64,000 bases of DNA from Centroscyllium fabricii. Taxonomy: Eukaryota. The notes beneath the pieces are model-generated. The model was given only the letters and a program-made list of their open reading frames with translations, had not been told where the DNA came from and did no database searches. Below, piece after piece: positions 41,001 to 52,800 of this stretch. Position 1 is the stretch's first letter. Every line of letters starts with the position of its first letter. A program made the translations under genes and the position numbers. The stretch lies in the NCBI GenBank assembly GCA_051313645.2, contig JBNRSN020000031.1, positions 6,696,001-6,760,000 on the forward strand. The letters are read 5' to 3'.

Positions 41001-41135
41001 TCGATGTCCTCTGTTAGGTGGACCCTGCACAGCAAAGGACCTAGCACTCTACAACATCAAGGGACAGCAATGTACCAAGCACTGGTTGGACGTTATATAA
41101 GCTGAATAGCTTTGTATATGGACACGAAGAAGAAG
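38033..41135 (+). mobile_element. Non-LTR retrotransposon, Vingi/Ingi-like, copy 2
   Basis: Colinear with copy 1 at an offset of 12979 bp, with the same TSD ACCTATTATATT (38021-38032, 41136-41147) and the same GAA tail. Confidence 0.95.
38113..41100 (+). CDS. Retrotransposon polyprotein: AP-like endonuclease + reverse transcriptase + CCHC (995 aa)
   Basis: Same motifs as copy 1 in an uninterrupted frame, with four amino-acid differences seen. Confidence 0.97.
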   Translation: MPGDRSRRRCQKLGSSSRPALTVLSANMEGLSTAKQDLLAAICKEMQCDVLCLQETHRGSENNRPAIPKMTMAIERPHRQYGSAIFIKTDSVIEATAKTEVNNIEILTVEFSRAMVTSVYKPPNVEFTFTNPLPNPHNKAQIVIGDFNSHNTQWGYTETNSDGEAVEEWMDANQLSLIHDPKQLSSFNSARWKRGSNPDLVLTSNNIAGSSKKLVLDVIPRTQHRPIGVQIQAAVVPTTVPFRRRFNFKKANWEEFTQELDHKARYIKPLPENYCLFIKAVQKTARRKIPRGCRMNYIPGLTPENAELYNDYITMFESDPFSEETITTGEQLMISISQERQNTWNTLIETTDMSKNSKKAWALIHKLGGNPKTTKEHCNTTAEQVAHQLLLNGKGPKKRQQKAKLDRKTYHANPGFTRPFTMTELETGIHSLKPGKAVGLDNIATEQIKYFGEQTKVWLLNLFNNCMATHKLPNIWLKAHVLALLKPGKDPSYPKSFRPISLLCHTYKLFERLILNRIAPSIDEKIIPEQTGFRPGKSTTSQLVNLTQHIEDGFERGQITGAVFVDLSAAYDTVNHRRLLCKILEITKDTDLTELMEAMLQNRRFYVELGGKRSRWRNQKNGLPQGSVLAPLQYNIYTNDQPRDDVTRRFAYADDLCITAQGTDFISIEETLNDALSGLTTYYEESHLRANPAKTQVCAFHLRNKEAKRQLNVSWCGIPLSHSEHPVYLGVTLDRCLTFKTHIMKTKAKVSNRNNILRKLANTRWGACPKTLRATALALSFSTAEYASPAWERSTHAKKLDPALNESCRCITGCLKPTNTNDLYILAGIAPPDIRRAVASRTERRRQTTDERHPLHGHVPAPSRLKSRRSFLTSTAPLETTPSEARLKMWKEKLSKHPHSSTMLIPPAETLPPGDNNWAKWKCLNRLRSGVGRSREALSRWGYLSGPTTCDCGTEPQTMEHLLRCPLLGGPCTAKDLALYNIKGQQCTKHWLDVI

Positions 41136-42727
41136 ACCTATTATATTCAATTAATCAAATGCTGAGTTATCATTGGCCTGCAGGCATCTGTAAGAACTGC
41201 CTATTATATTCACGTAATCACATGCTGAGTTATCATTGGCCCACACATCTGTAAGGACTACCTAATATATTCACGTAATCACATTCTGATTTATCATTGC
41301 CCACAGGCATCTGTAAGGACAACCTATTATATTCACGTAATCACATGCTGAGTTATCATTGCCCTACTGGCATCTGTATGGACTACCTATTACATTCACG
41401 TAATCACATGCTGAGTTATCATCGGCCCACAGGCATCTGTATGGACTACCTATTATATTCACGTAATCACATGCTGAGTTATCATTGGCCCACAGGCATC
41501 TGGAAGGACTACCTATAATATTCACGTAATCACATGCTGATTTATCATTGGACCAAAGGCATCTGTAAGGACTACTATTGTATTCACGTAATCACATGCT
41601 GAGATATCATTGGCCCACAGGCATCTGTAAGGACTACCTATTATATTTACAAAATCACATGCTGAGTTATCATTGGCCCACAGGCATCTGGAAGGACTAC
41701 CTATTATATTCACGTAATCACATGCTGAATTATCATTGGACCAAAGGTATCTGTAAGGACTACCTATTATATTCACGTAATCACATGTTGAGTTATCATT
41801 GGCCCACAGGCATCTGTAAGGACTACATATTATATTCACTTAATCACATGCTGAATTATCATTGCGCACAGTCATCTGTAAGGACTACCTATTATATTCA
41901 CGTAATCACATGCTGAGTTATCATTGGCCCAATGGCATCTGTAAGGACTACTATTGTATTCACTTAACCACATGCTGAGTTATCATTGGCCGCAGGCATC
42001 TGTAAGGACTACCCATTATATTCACGTAATCACATGCTGTGTTATCATTGGCCCATAGGCATCTGTAAGGACTACTATTGTATTCAAGTAATCAAATGCT
42101 GAGTTATTATTGGACTGCAGGCATCTGTAAGGACTACTATTGTATTCACGTAATCACATGCTGAGTTATCATTGGCCCACAGGCATCTGTAAGTCTACCT
42201 ATTATATTCACGTATTCACATGCTGAGTTATCATTGGCCCACAGGCATCTGTAAGGACTACCCATTATATTCACGTAATCACATGCTGAGTTATCATTGG
42301 CCCACAGGCAACTGTAAGGACTACTATTGTATTCACGTAATCAAATGCTGAGTTATTATTGGACTGCAGGCATCTGTAAGGACTACTATTGTATTCACGT
42401 AATCAAATGCTGAGTTATCATTGGCCCACAGGCATCTGTAAGGACTACTATTGTATTCACGTAATCACATGCTGAGTTATCATTGGCCCGCAGGCATCTG
42501 TAAGGACTACCTATTATATTCACGTAATCACACGCTGAGTTATCATTGGCCCACAGGTATCTGTAAGGACTACTACTATATTCACGTAATCACATGCTGA
42601 GTTATCATTGGCCCACTGGCATCTGTAAGGACTACTATTGTATTCACGTAATCAAATGCTGAGTTATCATTGGCACACAGGCATCTGCAAGGACTACTAT
42701 TGTATTCACGTAATCACATGCTGAGTT

Positions 42728-42933
42728 TTTTATCCGCAGGCAGTGCGCCTACTGAACGGCTAACGGCAACTGTTATTATCTGTTATTAATTGTTTTTTTT
42801 TATACTTACACTTGTTCTACTTTTACTCGTGCTTTTTTCTTTATAAGTGTGGGAGTGAACGGGGAGTAAGCATTCCATTGTACTTGTTACATATGGCAAA
42901 TAAAGGATCTTGTATCTTGTATCTTGTATCTTG
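42728..42933 (+). mobile_element. 5'-truncated Rex1/Babar-like LINE 3' end, copy 2
   Basis: Same sequence and junctions as 29435-29640 (offset 13293). Confidence 0.8.
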
Positions 42934-45900
42934 TATCATTGGCCCGCAGGCATCTGTAAGGACTACCTATTATATTCACGTAATCACATGCTGAATTATC
43001 ATTGGACCAAAGGCATCTGTAAGGAGTACCTATTATATTCACGTAATCACATGTTGAGTTATCATTGGCCCACAGGCATCTGAAAAGACTACCTATTATA
43101 TTCACGTAATCACATGCTGAGTTATCATTGCCCACAGGCATCTGTAAGGACTACCTATTATATTCACGTAATCACATGCTGAGTTATCATTGGCCCACTT
43201 GCATCTGTAAGGACTACTATTGTATTCACTTAACCACATGCTGAGTTATCATTGGCCGCAGGCATCTGTAAGGACTACCCATTCTATTCACGTAATCACA
43301 TGCTGATTTATCAATGGCCCACGGGCATCTGTAAGGACTACTATTGTATTCACGTAATCTAATGCTGAGTTATCATTGGCCTGCAGGCATCTGTAAGGAC
43401 AACTATTATATTCACGTAATCACATGCTGAGTTATCATTGGCCCACAGGCATCTGTAAGGACTACCTATTATATTCACGTAATCACATGCTGAGTTATCA
43501 TTGGCACACAGGCATCTGTAAGGACTACCTATTATATTCTCGTAATCACATGCTGAATTATCATTGGCCCACAGGCATCTGTAAGGACTACCAATTATAT
43601 TCACGTGATCACATGCTGAGTTATCATTGGCCCACAGGCATCTGTAAGGACTACCTGTTATATTCATGTAATCTCACGCTGAGTTATCATTGGCCCATAG
43701 GCATTTGTAAGGACTACGTATTATATTCACGTAATCACATGCTGAGTTATCATTGGCCCACAGGCATCTGTAAGGACTACCTATTATATTCACGTAATCA
43801 CATGCTGAGTTATCATTGGCCCACAGGCATCTGTAAGGACTACCTATTATATTCACGTAATCCCATGCTGAGATACCATTGGCCCACAGGCATCTGTAAG
43901 GACTACCTATTATATTCACGTAATCACATGCTAAGTTATCATTGGCCCACAGGCATCTGTAAGGACATCCTATTATATTCACGTAATCACATGCTGAATT
44001 ATCATTGGCCCACAGGCATCTGTAATGACTACCTATTATATTTACGTAATCACATGCTGAGTTATCATTGGCCCGCAGGCATCTGTAAGGTCTACCAATT
44101 ATATTCACGTGATCACATGCTGAGTTATCATTGGCCCACAGGCATCTGTAAGGACTACTATTGTATTCAATTAACCAAATGCTGAGTTATCATTGGCCCA
44201 CAGGCATCTGTAAGGACTACTAATGTATTCACGTAATCACATGCTGAGTTATCATTGGCACGCAGGCATCTGTAAGGACTAACTATTATATTCACGTAAT
44301 CAGACGCTGAGTTATCATTGGCCCACAGGCATCTGTAAGGACTACTATTATATTCACGTAATCACATGCTGAGTTATCATTGGCCCACTGGCATCTGTAA
44401 GGACTACTATTGTATTCAAGTAATCAAATGCTGAGTTATCATTGGCCCACAGGCATCTGTAAGGACTACTATTGTATTCACGTAATCACATGCTGAGTTA
44501 TCATTGGCCCGCAGGCATCTGTAAGGGCTCCTATTATATTCACGTAATCACATGCTCAGTTATCATTGGCCCACAGGCATCTGTAAGGACTACCTATTAT
44601 ATTCACGTAATCACATGCTGAATTATCATTGGCCCACAGTCATTTGTAAGGGCTACCTATTATCTTCTCGTAATCACATGCTGAGTTATCATTGGCCCAC
44701 AGGCATCTGTAAGGACTACCTATTTTATTCACGTAATCACATGATGAGTTATCATTGGCCCACAGGCATCTGTAAGGACTACCTATTATATTCCCGCAAT
44801 AATATGCTGAGTTATCATTGGCCCATGGGCATTTGTAAGGTCTACCTATTATATTCACGTAATCAAATGCTGAGATATCATTGGCCCACAGGCTACTGTA
44901 AGGACTACCTATTATACTCAGGTAATCACATGCTGAATTATCATTGGCCCACAGGCATCTGTAAAAACTACCTATTATATTCACGTAATCACATGCTGAG
45001 TTATCATTGGCCCACAGGTATCTGTAAGGACTACCTATTATATTCACGTAATCACATGCTGAGTTATCATTGGCCGACTGGCATCTGTAAGGACTACTAT
45101 TGTATTCACTTAATCACATGCTGAGTTATCATTGGCCGCAGGCATCTGTAAGGACTACCCATTCTATTCACGTAATCACATGCTGAGTTATCAATGGCCC
45201 ACGGGCATCTGTAAGGACTACTATTGTATTCACGTAATCTAATGCTGAGTTATCATTAGCCTGCAGGCATCTGTAAGGACAACTATTATATTCACGTAAT
45301 CACATGCTGAGTTATCATTGGCCCACAGGCATCTGTAAGGACTACCTATTATATTCACGTAATCACATGCTGAGTTATCATTGGCACACAGGCATCTGTA
45401 AGGACTACCTATTATATTCACGTAATCACATGCTGAGTTATCATTGGCCCACAGGCATCTGGAAGGACTACCTATAATATTCACGTAATCACATGCTGAT
45501 TTATCATTGGACCAAAGGCATCTGTAAGGACTACTATTGTATTCACGTAATCACATGCTGAGATATCATTGGCCCACAGGCATCTGTAAGGACTACCTAT
45601 TATATTTACAAAATCACATGCTGAGTTATCATTGGCCCACAGGCATCTGGAAGGACTACCTATTATATTCACGTAATCACATGCTGAATTATCATTGGAC
45701 CAAAGGCATCTGTAAGGACTACCTATTATATTCACGTAATCACATGTTGAGTTATCATTGGCCCACAGGCATCTGTAAGGACTACATATTATATTCACTT
45801 AATCACATGCTGAATTATCATTGCGCACAGTCATCTGTAAGGACTACCTATTATATTCACGTAATCACATGCTGAGTTATCATTGGCCCAATGGCATCTG

Positions 45901-46686
45901 TAAGGACTACTATTGTATTCACTTAACCACATGCTGAGTTATCATTGGCCGCAGGCATCTGTAAGGACTACCCATTATATTCACGTAATCACATGCTGTG
46001 TTATCATTGGCCCATAGGCATCTGTAAGGACTACTATTGTATTCAAGTAATCAAATGCTGAGTTATTATTGGACTGCAGGCATCTGTAAGGACTACTATT
46101 GTATTCACGTAATCACATGCTGAGTTATCATTGGCCCACAGGCATCTGTAAGTCTACCTATTATATTCATGTATTCACATGCTGAGTTATCATTGGCCCA
46201 CAGGCATCTGTAAGGACTACCCATTATATTCACGTAATCACATGCTGAGTTATCATTGGCCCACAGGCAACTGTAAGGACTACTATTGTATTCACGTAAT
46301 CAAATGCTGAGTTATTATTGGACTGCAGGCATCTGTAAGGACTACTATTGTATTCACGTAATCAAATGCTGAGTTATCATTGGCCCACAGGCATCTGTAA
46401 GGACTACTATTGTATTCACGTAATCACATGCTGAGTTATCATTGGCCCGCAGGCATCTGTAAGGACTACCTATTATATTCACGTAATCACACGCTGAGTT
46501 ATCATTGGCCCACAGGTATCTGTAAGGACTACTACTATATTCACGTAATCACATGCTGAGTTATCATTGGCCCACTGGCATCTGTAAGGACTACTATTGT
46601 ATTCACGTAATCAAATGCTGAGTTATCATTGGCACACAGGCATCTGCAAGGACTACTATTGTATTCACGTAATCACATGCTGAGTT

Positions 46687-46892
46687 TTTTATCCGCAGGC
46701 AGTGCGCCTACTGAACGGCTAACGGCAACTGTTATTATCTGTTATTAATTGTTTTTTTTTATACTTACACTTGTTCTACTTTTACTCGTGCTTTTTTCTT
46801 TATAAGTGTGGGAGTGAACGGGGAGTAAGCATTCCATTGTACTTGTTACATATGGCAAATAAAGGATCTTGTATCTTGTATCTTGTATCTTG
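46687..46892 (+). mobile_element. 5'-truncated Rex1/Babar-like LINE 3' end, copy 3
   Basis: Same sequence and junctions as 42728-42933 (offset 3959). Confidence 0.8.
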
Positions 46893-49800
46893 TATCATTG
46901 GCCCGCAGGCATCTGTAAGGACTACCTATTATATTCACGTAATCACATGCTGAATTATCATTGGACCAAAGGCATCTGTAAGGAGTACCTATTATATTCA
47001 CGTAATCACATGTTGAGTTATCATTGGCCCACAGGCATCTGAAAAGACTACCTATTATATTCACGTAATCACATGCTGAGTTATCATTGCCCACAGGCAT
47101 CTGTAAGGACTACCTATTATATTCACGTAATCACATGCTGAGTTATCATTGGCCCACTTGCATCTGTAAGGACTACTATTGTATTCACTTAACCACATGC
47201 TGAGTTATCATTGGCCGCAGGCATCTGTAAGGACTACCCATTCTATTCACGTAATCACATGCTGATTTATCAATGGCCCACGGGCATCTGTAAGGACTAC
47301 TATTGTATTCACGTAATCTAATGCTGAGTTATCATTGGCCTGCAGGCATCTGTAAGGACAACTATTATATTCACGTAATCACATGCTGAGTTATCATTGG
47401 CCCACAGGCATCTGTAAGGACTACCTATTATATTCACGTAATCACATGCTGAGTTATCATTGGCACACAGGCATCTGTAAGGACTACCTATTATATTCTC
47501 GTAATCACATGCTGAATTATCATTGGCCCACAGGCATCTGTAAGGACTACCAATTATATTCACGTGATCACATGCTGAGTTATCATTGGCCCACAGGCAT
47601 CTGTAAGGACTACCTGTTATATTCATGTAATCTCACGCGGAGTTATCATTGGCCCATAGGCATTTGTAAGGACTACGTATTATATTCACGTAATCACATG
47701 CTGAGTTATCATTGGCCCACAGGCATCTGTAAGGACTACCTATTATATTCACGTAATCACATGCTGAGTTATCATTGGCCCACAGGCATCTGTAAGGACT
47801 ACCTATTATATTCACGTAATCCCATGCTGAGATACCATTGGCCCACAGGCATCTGTAAGGACTACCTATTATATTCACGTAATCACATGCTAAGTTATCA
47901 TTGGCCCACAGGCATCTGTAAGGACATCCTATTATATTCACGTAATCACATGCTGAATTATCATTGGCCCACAGGCATCTGTAATGACTACCTATTATAT
48001 TTACGTAATCACATGCTGAGTTATCATTGGCCCGCAGGCATCTGTAAGGACTACCAATTATATTCACGTGATCACATGCTGAGTTATCATTGGCCCACAG
48101 GCATCTGTAAGGACTACTATTGTATTCAATTAACCAAATGCTGAGTTATCATTGGCCCACAGGCATCTGTAAGGACTACTAATGTATTCACGTAATCACA
48201 TGCTGAGTTATCATTGGCCCGCAGGCATCTGTAAGGACTAACTATTATATTCACGTAATCAGACGCTGAGTTATCATTGGCCCACAGGCATCTGTAAGGA
48301 CTACTATTATATTCACGTAATCACATGCTGAGTTATCATTGGCCCACTGGCATCTGTAAGGACTACTATTGTATTCAAGTAATCAAATGCTGAGTTATCA
48401 TTGGCCCACAGGCATCTGTAAGGACTACTATTGTATTCACGTAATCACATGCTGAGTTATCATTGGCCCGCAGGCATCTGTAAGGGCTCCTATTATATTC
48501 ACGTAATCACATGCTCAGTTATCATTGGCCCACAGGCATCTGTAAGGACTACCTATTATATTCACGTAATCACATGCTGAATTATCATTGGCCCACAGTC
48601 ATTTGTAAGGGCTACCTATTATATTCTCGTAATCACATGCTGAGTTATCATTGGCCCACAGGCATCTGTAAGGACTACCTATTTTATTCACGTAATCACA
48701 TGATGAGTTATCATTGGCCCACAGTCATCTGTAAGGACTACCTATTATATTCCCGCAATAATATGCTGAGTTATCATTGGCCCATGGGCATTTGTAAGGT
48801 CTACCTATTATATTCACGTAATCAAATGCTGAGATATCATTGGCCCACAGGCTACTGTAAGGACTACCTATTATACTCAGGTAATCACATGCTGAATTAT
48901 CATTGGCCCACAGGCATCTGTAAAAACTACCTATTATATTCACGTAATCACATGCTGAGTTATCATTGGCCCACAGGTATCTGTAAGGACTACCTATTAT
49001 ATTCACGTAATCACATGCTGAGTTATCATTGGCCGACTGGCATCTGTAAGGACTACTATTGTATTCACTTAATCACATGCTGAGTTATCATTGGCCGCAG
49101 GCATCTGTAAGGACTACCCATTCTATTCACGTAATCACATGCTGAGTTATCAATGGCCCACGGGCATCTGTAAGGACTACTATTGTATTCACGTAATCTA
49201 ATGCTGAGTTATCATTGGCCTGCAGGCATCTGTAAGGACAACTATTATATTCACGTAATCACATGCTGAGTTATCATTGGCCCACAGGCATCTGTAAGGA
49301 CTACCTATTATATTCACGTAATCACATGCTGAGTTATCATTGGCACACAGGCATCTGTAAGGACTACCTATTATATTCACGTAATCACATGCTGAATTAT
49401 CATTGGCCCACAGGCATCTGAAAGGACTACCAATTATATTCACGTGATCACATGCTGAGTTATCATTGGCCCACAGGCATCTGTAAGGACTACCTGTTAT
49501 ATTCATGTAATCTCACGCTGAGTTATCATTGGCCCACAGGCATTTGTAAGGACTACGTATTATATTCACGTAATCACATGCTGAGTTATCATTGGCCCAC
49601 AGGCATCTGTAAGGACTACCTATTATATTCACGTAATCACATGCTGAGTTATCATTGGCCCACAGGCATCTGTAAGGACTACCTATTATATTCACGTAAT
49701 CCCATGCTGAGATGCCATTGGCCCACAGGCATCTGTAAGGACTACCTATTATATTCACGTAATCACATGCTGAATTATCATTGGCCCACAGGCATCTGTA

Positions 49801-52800
49801 ATGACTACCTATTATATTTACGTAATCACATGCTGAGTTATCATTGGCCCGCAGGCATCTGTAAGGACTACCAATTATATTCACGTGATCACATGCTGAG
49901 TTATCATTGGCCCACAGGCATCTGTAAGGACTACTAATGTATTCACGTAATCACATGCTGAGTTATCATTGGCCCGCAGGCATCTGTAAGGACTTCCTAT
50001 TATATTCACGTAATCAGACGCTGAGTTATCATTGGCCCACAGGCATCTGTAAGGACTACTATTATATTCACGTAATCACATGCTGAGTTATCATTGGCCC
50101 ACTGGCTTCTGTAAGGACTACTATTGTATTCAATTAATCAAATGCTGAGCTATCATTGGCCCACAAGCATCTGTAAGGACTACTATTGTATTCACGTAAT
50201 CACATGCTGAGTTATCATTGGCCCGCAGGCATCTGTAAGGGCTCCTATTATATTCACGTAATCACATGCTGAGTTATCATTGGCCCACAGGCATCTGTAA
50301 GGACTACCTATTATATTCACGTAATCACATGCTGAATTATCATTGGCCCACAGGCATTTGTAACGGTTACCTATTATATTCACGTAATCACATGCTGAGT
50401 TATCATTGGCCCACAGGCATCTGTAAGGACTACCTATTTTATTCACGTAATCACATGATGAGTTATCATTGGCCCACAGGCATCTGTAAGGACTACCTAT
50501 TATATTCCCGCAATAATATGCTGAGTTATCATTGGCCCATGGGCATCTGATAGGTCTACCTATTATATTCACGGAATCAAATGCTGAGATATCATTGGCC
50601 CACAGGCTACTGTAAGGACAACCTATTATACTCAGGTAATCACATGCTGAATTATCATTGGCCCACAGGCATCTGTAAAAACTACCTATTATATTCACGT
50701 AATCACATGCTGAGTTATCATTGGCCCACAGGTATCTGTAAGGACTACCTATTATATTCACGTAATCACATGCTGAGTTATCATTGGCCCACTGGCATCT
50801 GTAAGGACTACGTATTATATTCACGTAATCACATGCTGAGTTATCATTGGCCCACAGGTATCTGTAAGGACTACCTATTATATTCACGTAATCACATGCT
50901 GAGTTATCATTGGCCCACAGGCTTCTGGAAGGACTACCTATTATATTCACGTAATCACATGCTAAATTATCATTGGACCAAAGGCATCTGTAAGGACTAC
51001 CGATTATATTCACGTAATCACATGTTGAGTTATCATTGGCCCACAGGCATCTGTAAGGACTACCTATTATACTCACGTAATCACATGCTGAGTTATCATT
51101 GGCCCACAGGCATCTGTAAGGACTACATATTATATTGACGTAATCACATGCTGAATTATGATTGGCCCACAGGCATCTGGAAGGACTACCTATTATATTC
51201 ACGTAATCACATGCTGAGTTATCATTGACCACAGGCATCTGTAAGGACAACCTATTATATTCACGTAATCACATGCTGAGTTGTCATTGGCCCACAGGCA
51301 TCTTTAAGGACTACCTATTATATTCACGTAATCACATGCTGAGTTATCATTGGCCTGCAGGCATCTGTAAGGACTGCCTATTATATTCACGTAATCACAT
51401 GCTGAGTTATCATTGGCCCACAGGCATCTGTAAGGACTAACTATTATATTCACGTAATCACATGCTGAGTTATCATTGGCGACAGGCATCTCTAAAGACT
51501 ACCTATTATATTCACGTAATCACATGCTGAGTTATCATTGGCCCACAGGCATCTGTAAGGACTAATTTCTATATTCACGTAATCACATGCTGAATTATCA
51601 TTGGCCCACAGGCATCTGTAAGGACAACCTATTATATTCACGTAATCACATGCTGAGTTATCATTGGCCCACAGGCACCTGTAAGGAGTACCTATTATAT
51701 TCACGTAATCACATGCTGAGTTATCATTGGCCCACAGGCATCAGTTAGGACTACCTATTATATTCACATAATCACATGCTGAATTATCATTGGCCCACAG
51801 GCATCTGTAAGGACTACCTATTATATTCACGTAATCAAATGCTGAGTTATCATTGCCCACTGGCAACTGTAAGGACTACCTATTATATTCACGTAATCAC
51901 ATGCTGAGATATCATTGGCCCACAGGCATCTGTAAGGACTACCTATTATATTCACGTAATCACATGCTAAGTTATCATTGGCCCACAGGCATCTGTAAGG
52001 ACTACCTATTATATTCACGTAATCACATTCTGAATTATCATTGGCCCACAGGCATCTGTAAGGACTACCTATTATATTCCCGTAATCATATGCTGAGTTA
52101 TCATTGGCCCACAGACATCTGTAAGGATTACCTTTTATATTCACGTAATCACATGCTGAGTTATCATTGCGCACAGGCATCTGTAAGGACTACCTATTAT
52201 ATTCCCGCAATAATATGCTGAGTTATCATTGGCCCATGGGCATTTGTAAGGTCTACCTATTATATTCACGTAATCAAATGCTGAGATATCATTGGCCCAC
52301 AGGCAACTGTAAGGACTACCTATTATATTCAGGTAATCACATGCTGAATTATCATTGGCCCACAGGCATCTGTAAAAACTACCTATTATATTCACGTAAT
52401 CACATGCTGAGTTATCATTGGCCCACAGGCATCTGTAAGGACTACCTGTTATATTCACGTAATCCCATGCTGAGTATTCATTGGCCCACAGGCATTTGAA
52501 AGGACTACCTATTATATTCAAGTATTCACATATTGAGTTATCATTGGCCCACAGCCATCTGTAAGGACTACCTTTTATATTCACGTAATCACATGCTGAG
52601 TTATCATTGGCCAACAGGCATCTGTAAGGACTACCTATTATATTCACGTAATCATATGTTGAGTTATCATCGGCCAACAGTCACCTGTAAGGACAACCTA
52701 TTTTATTCAATGAATCACATGCTGAGTTATCATTGGCTCACAGGCATCTGTAAGGACTACCTATTATATTCACGTAATCACATGCTGAGTTATCATTGGC

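Larger units (their letters stand above)
41445..49395. repeat. 3959-bp tandem duplication (two units)
   Basis: Constant offset of 3959 between variant patterns: 41522/45481, 42812/46771, 44552/48511, 45239/49198. Boundaries are approximate. Confidence 0.9.

Noticed and set aside
38033-41135. Independent sequence-specific second insertion
   Set aside because: The identical 5' end and tail length plus shared rare flank variants indicate duplication of one insertion.
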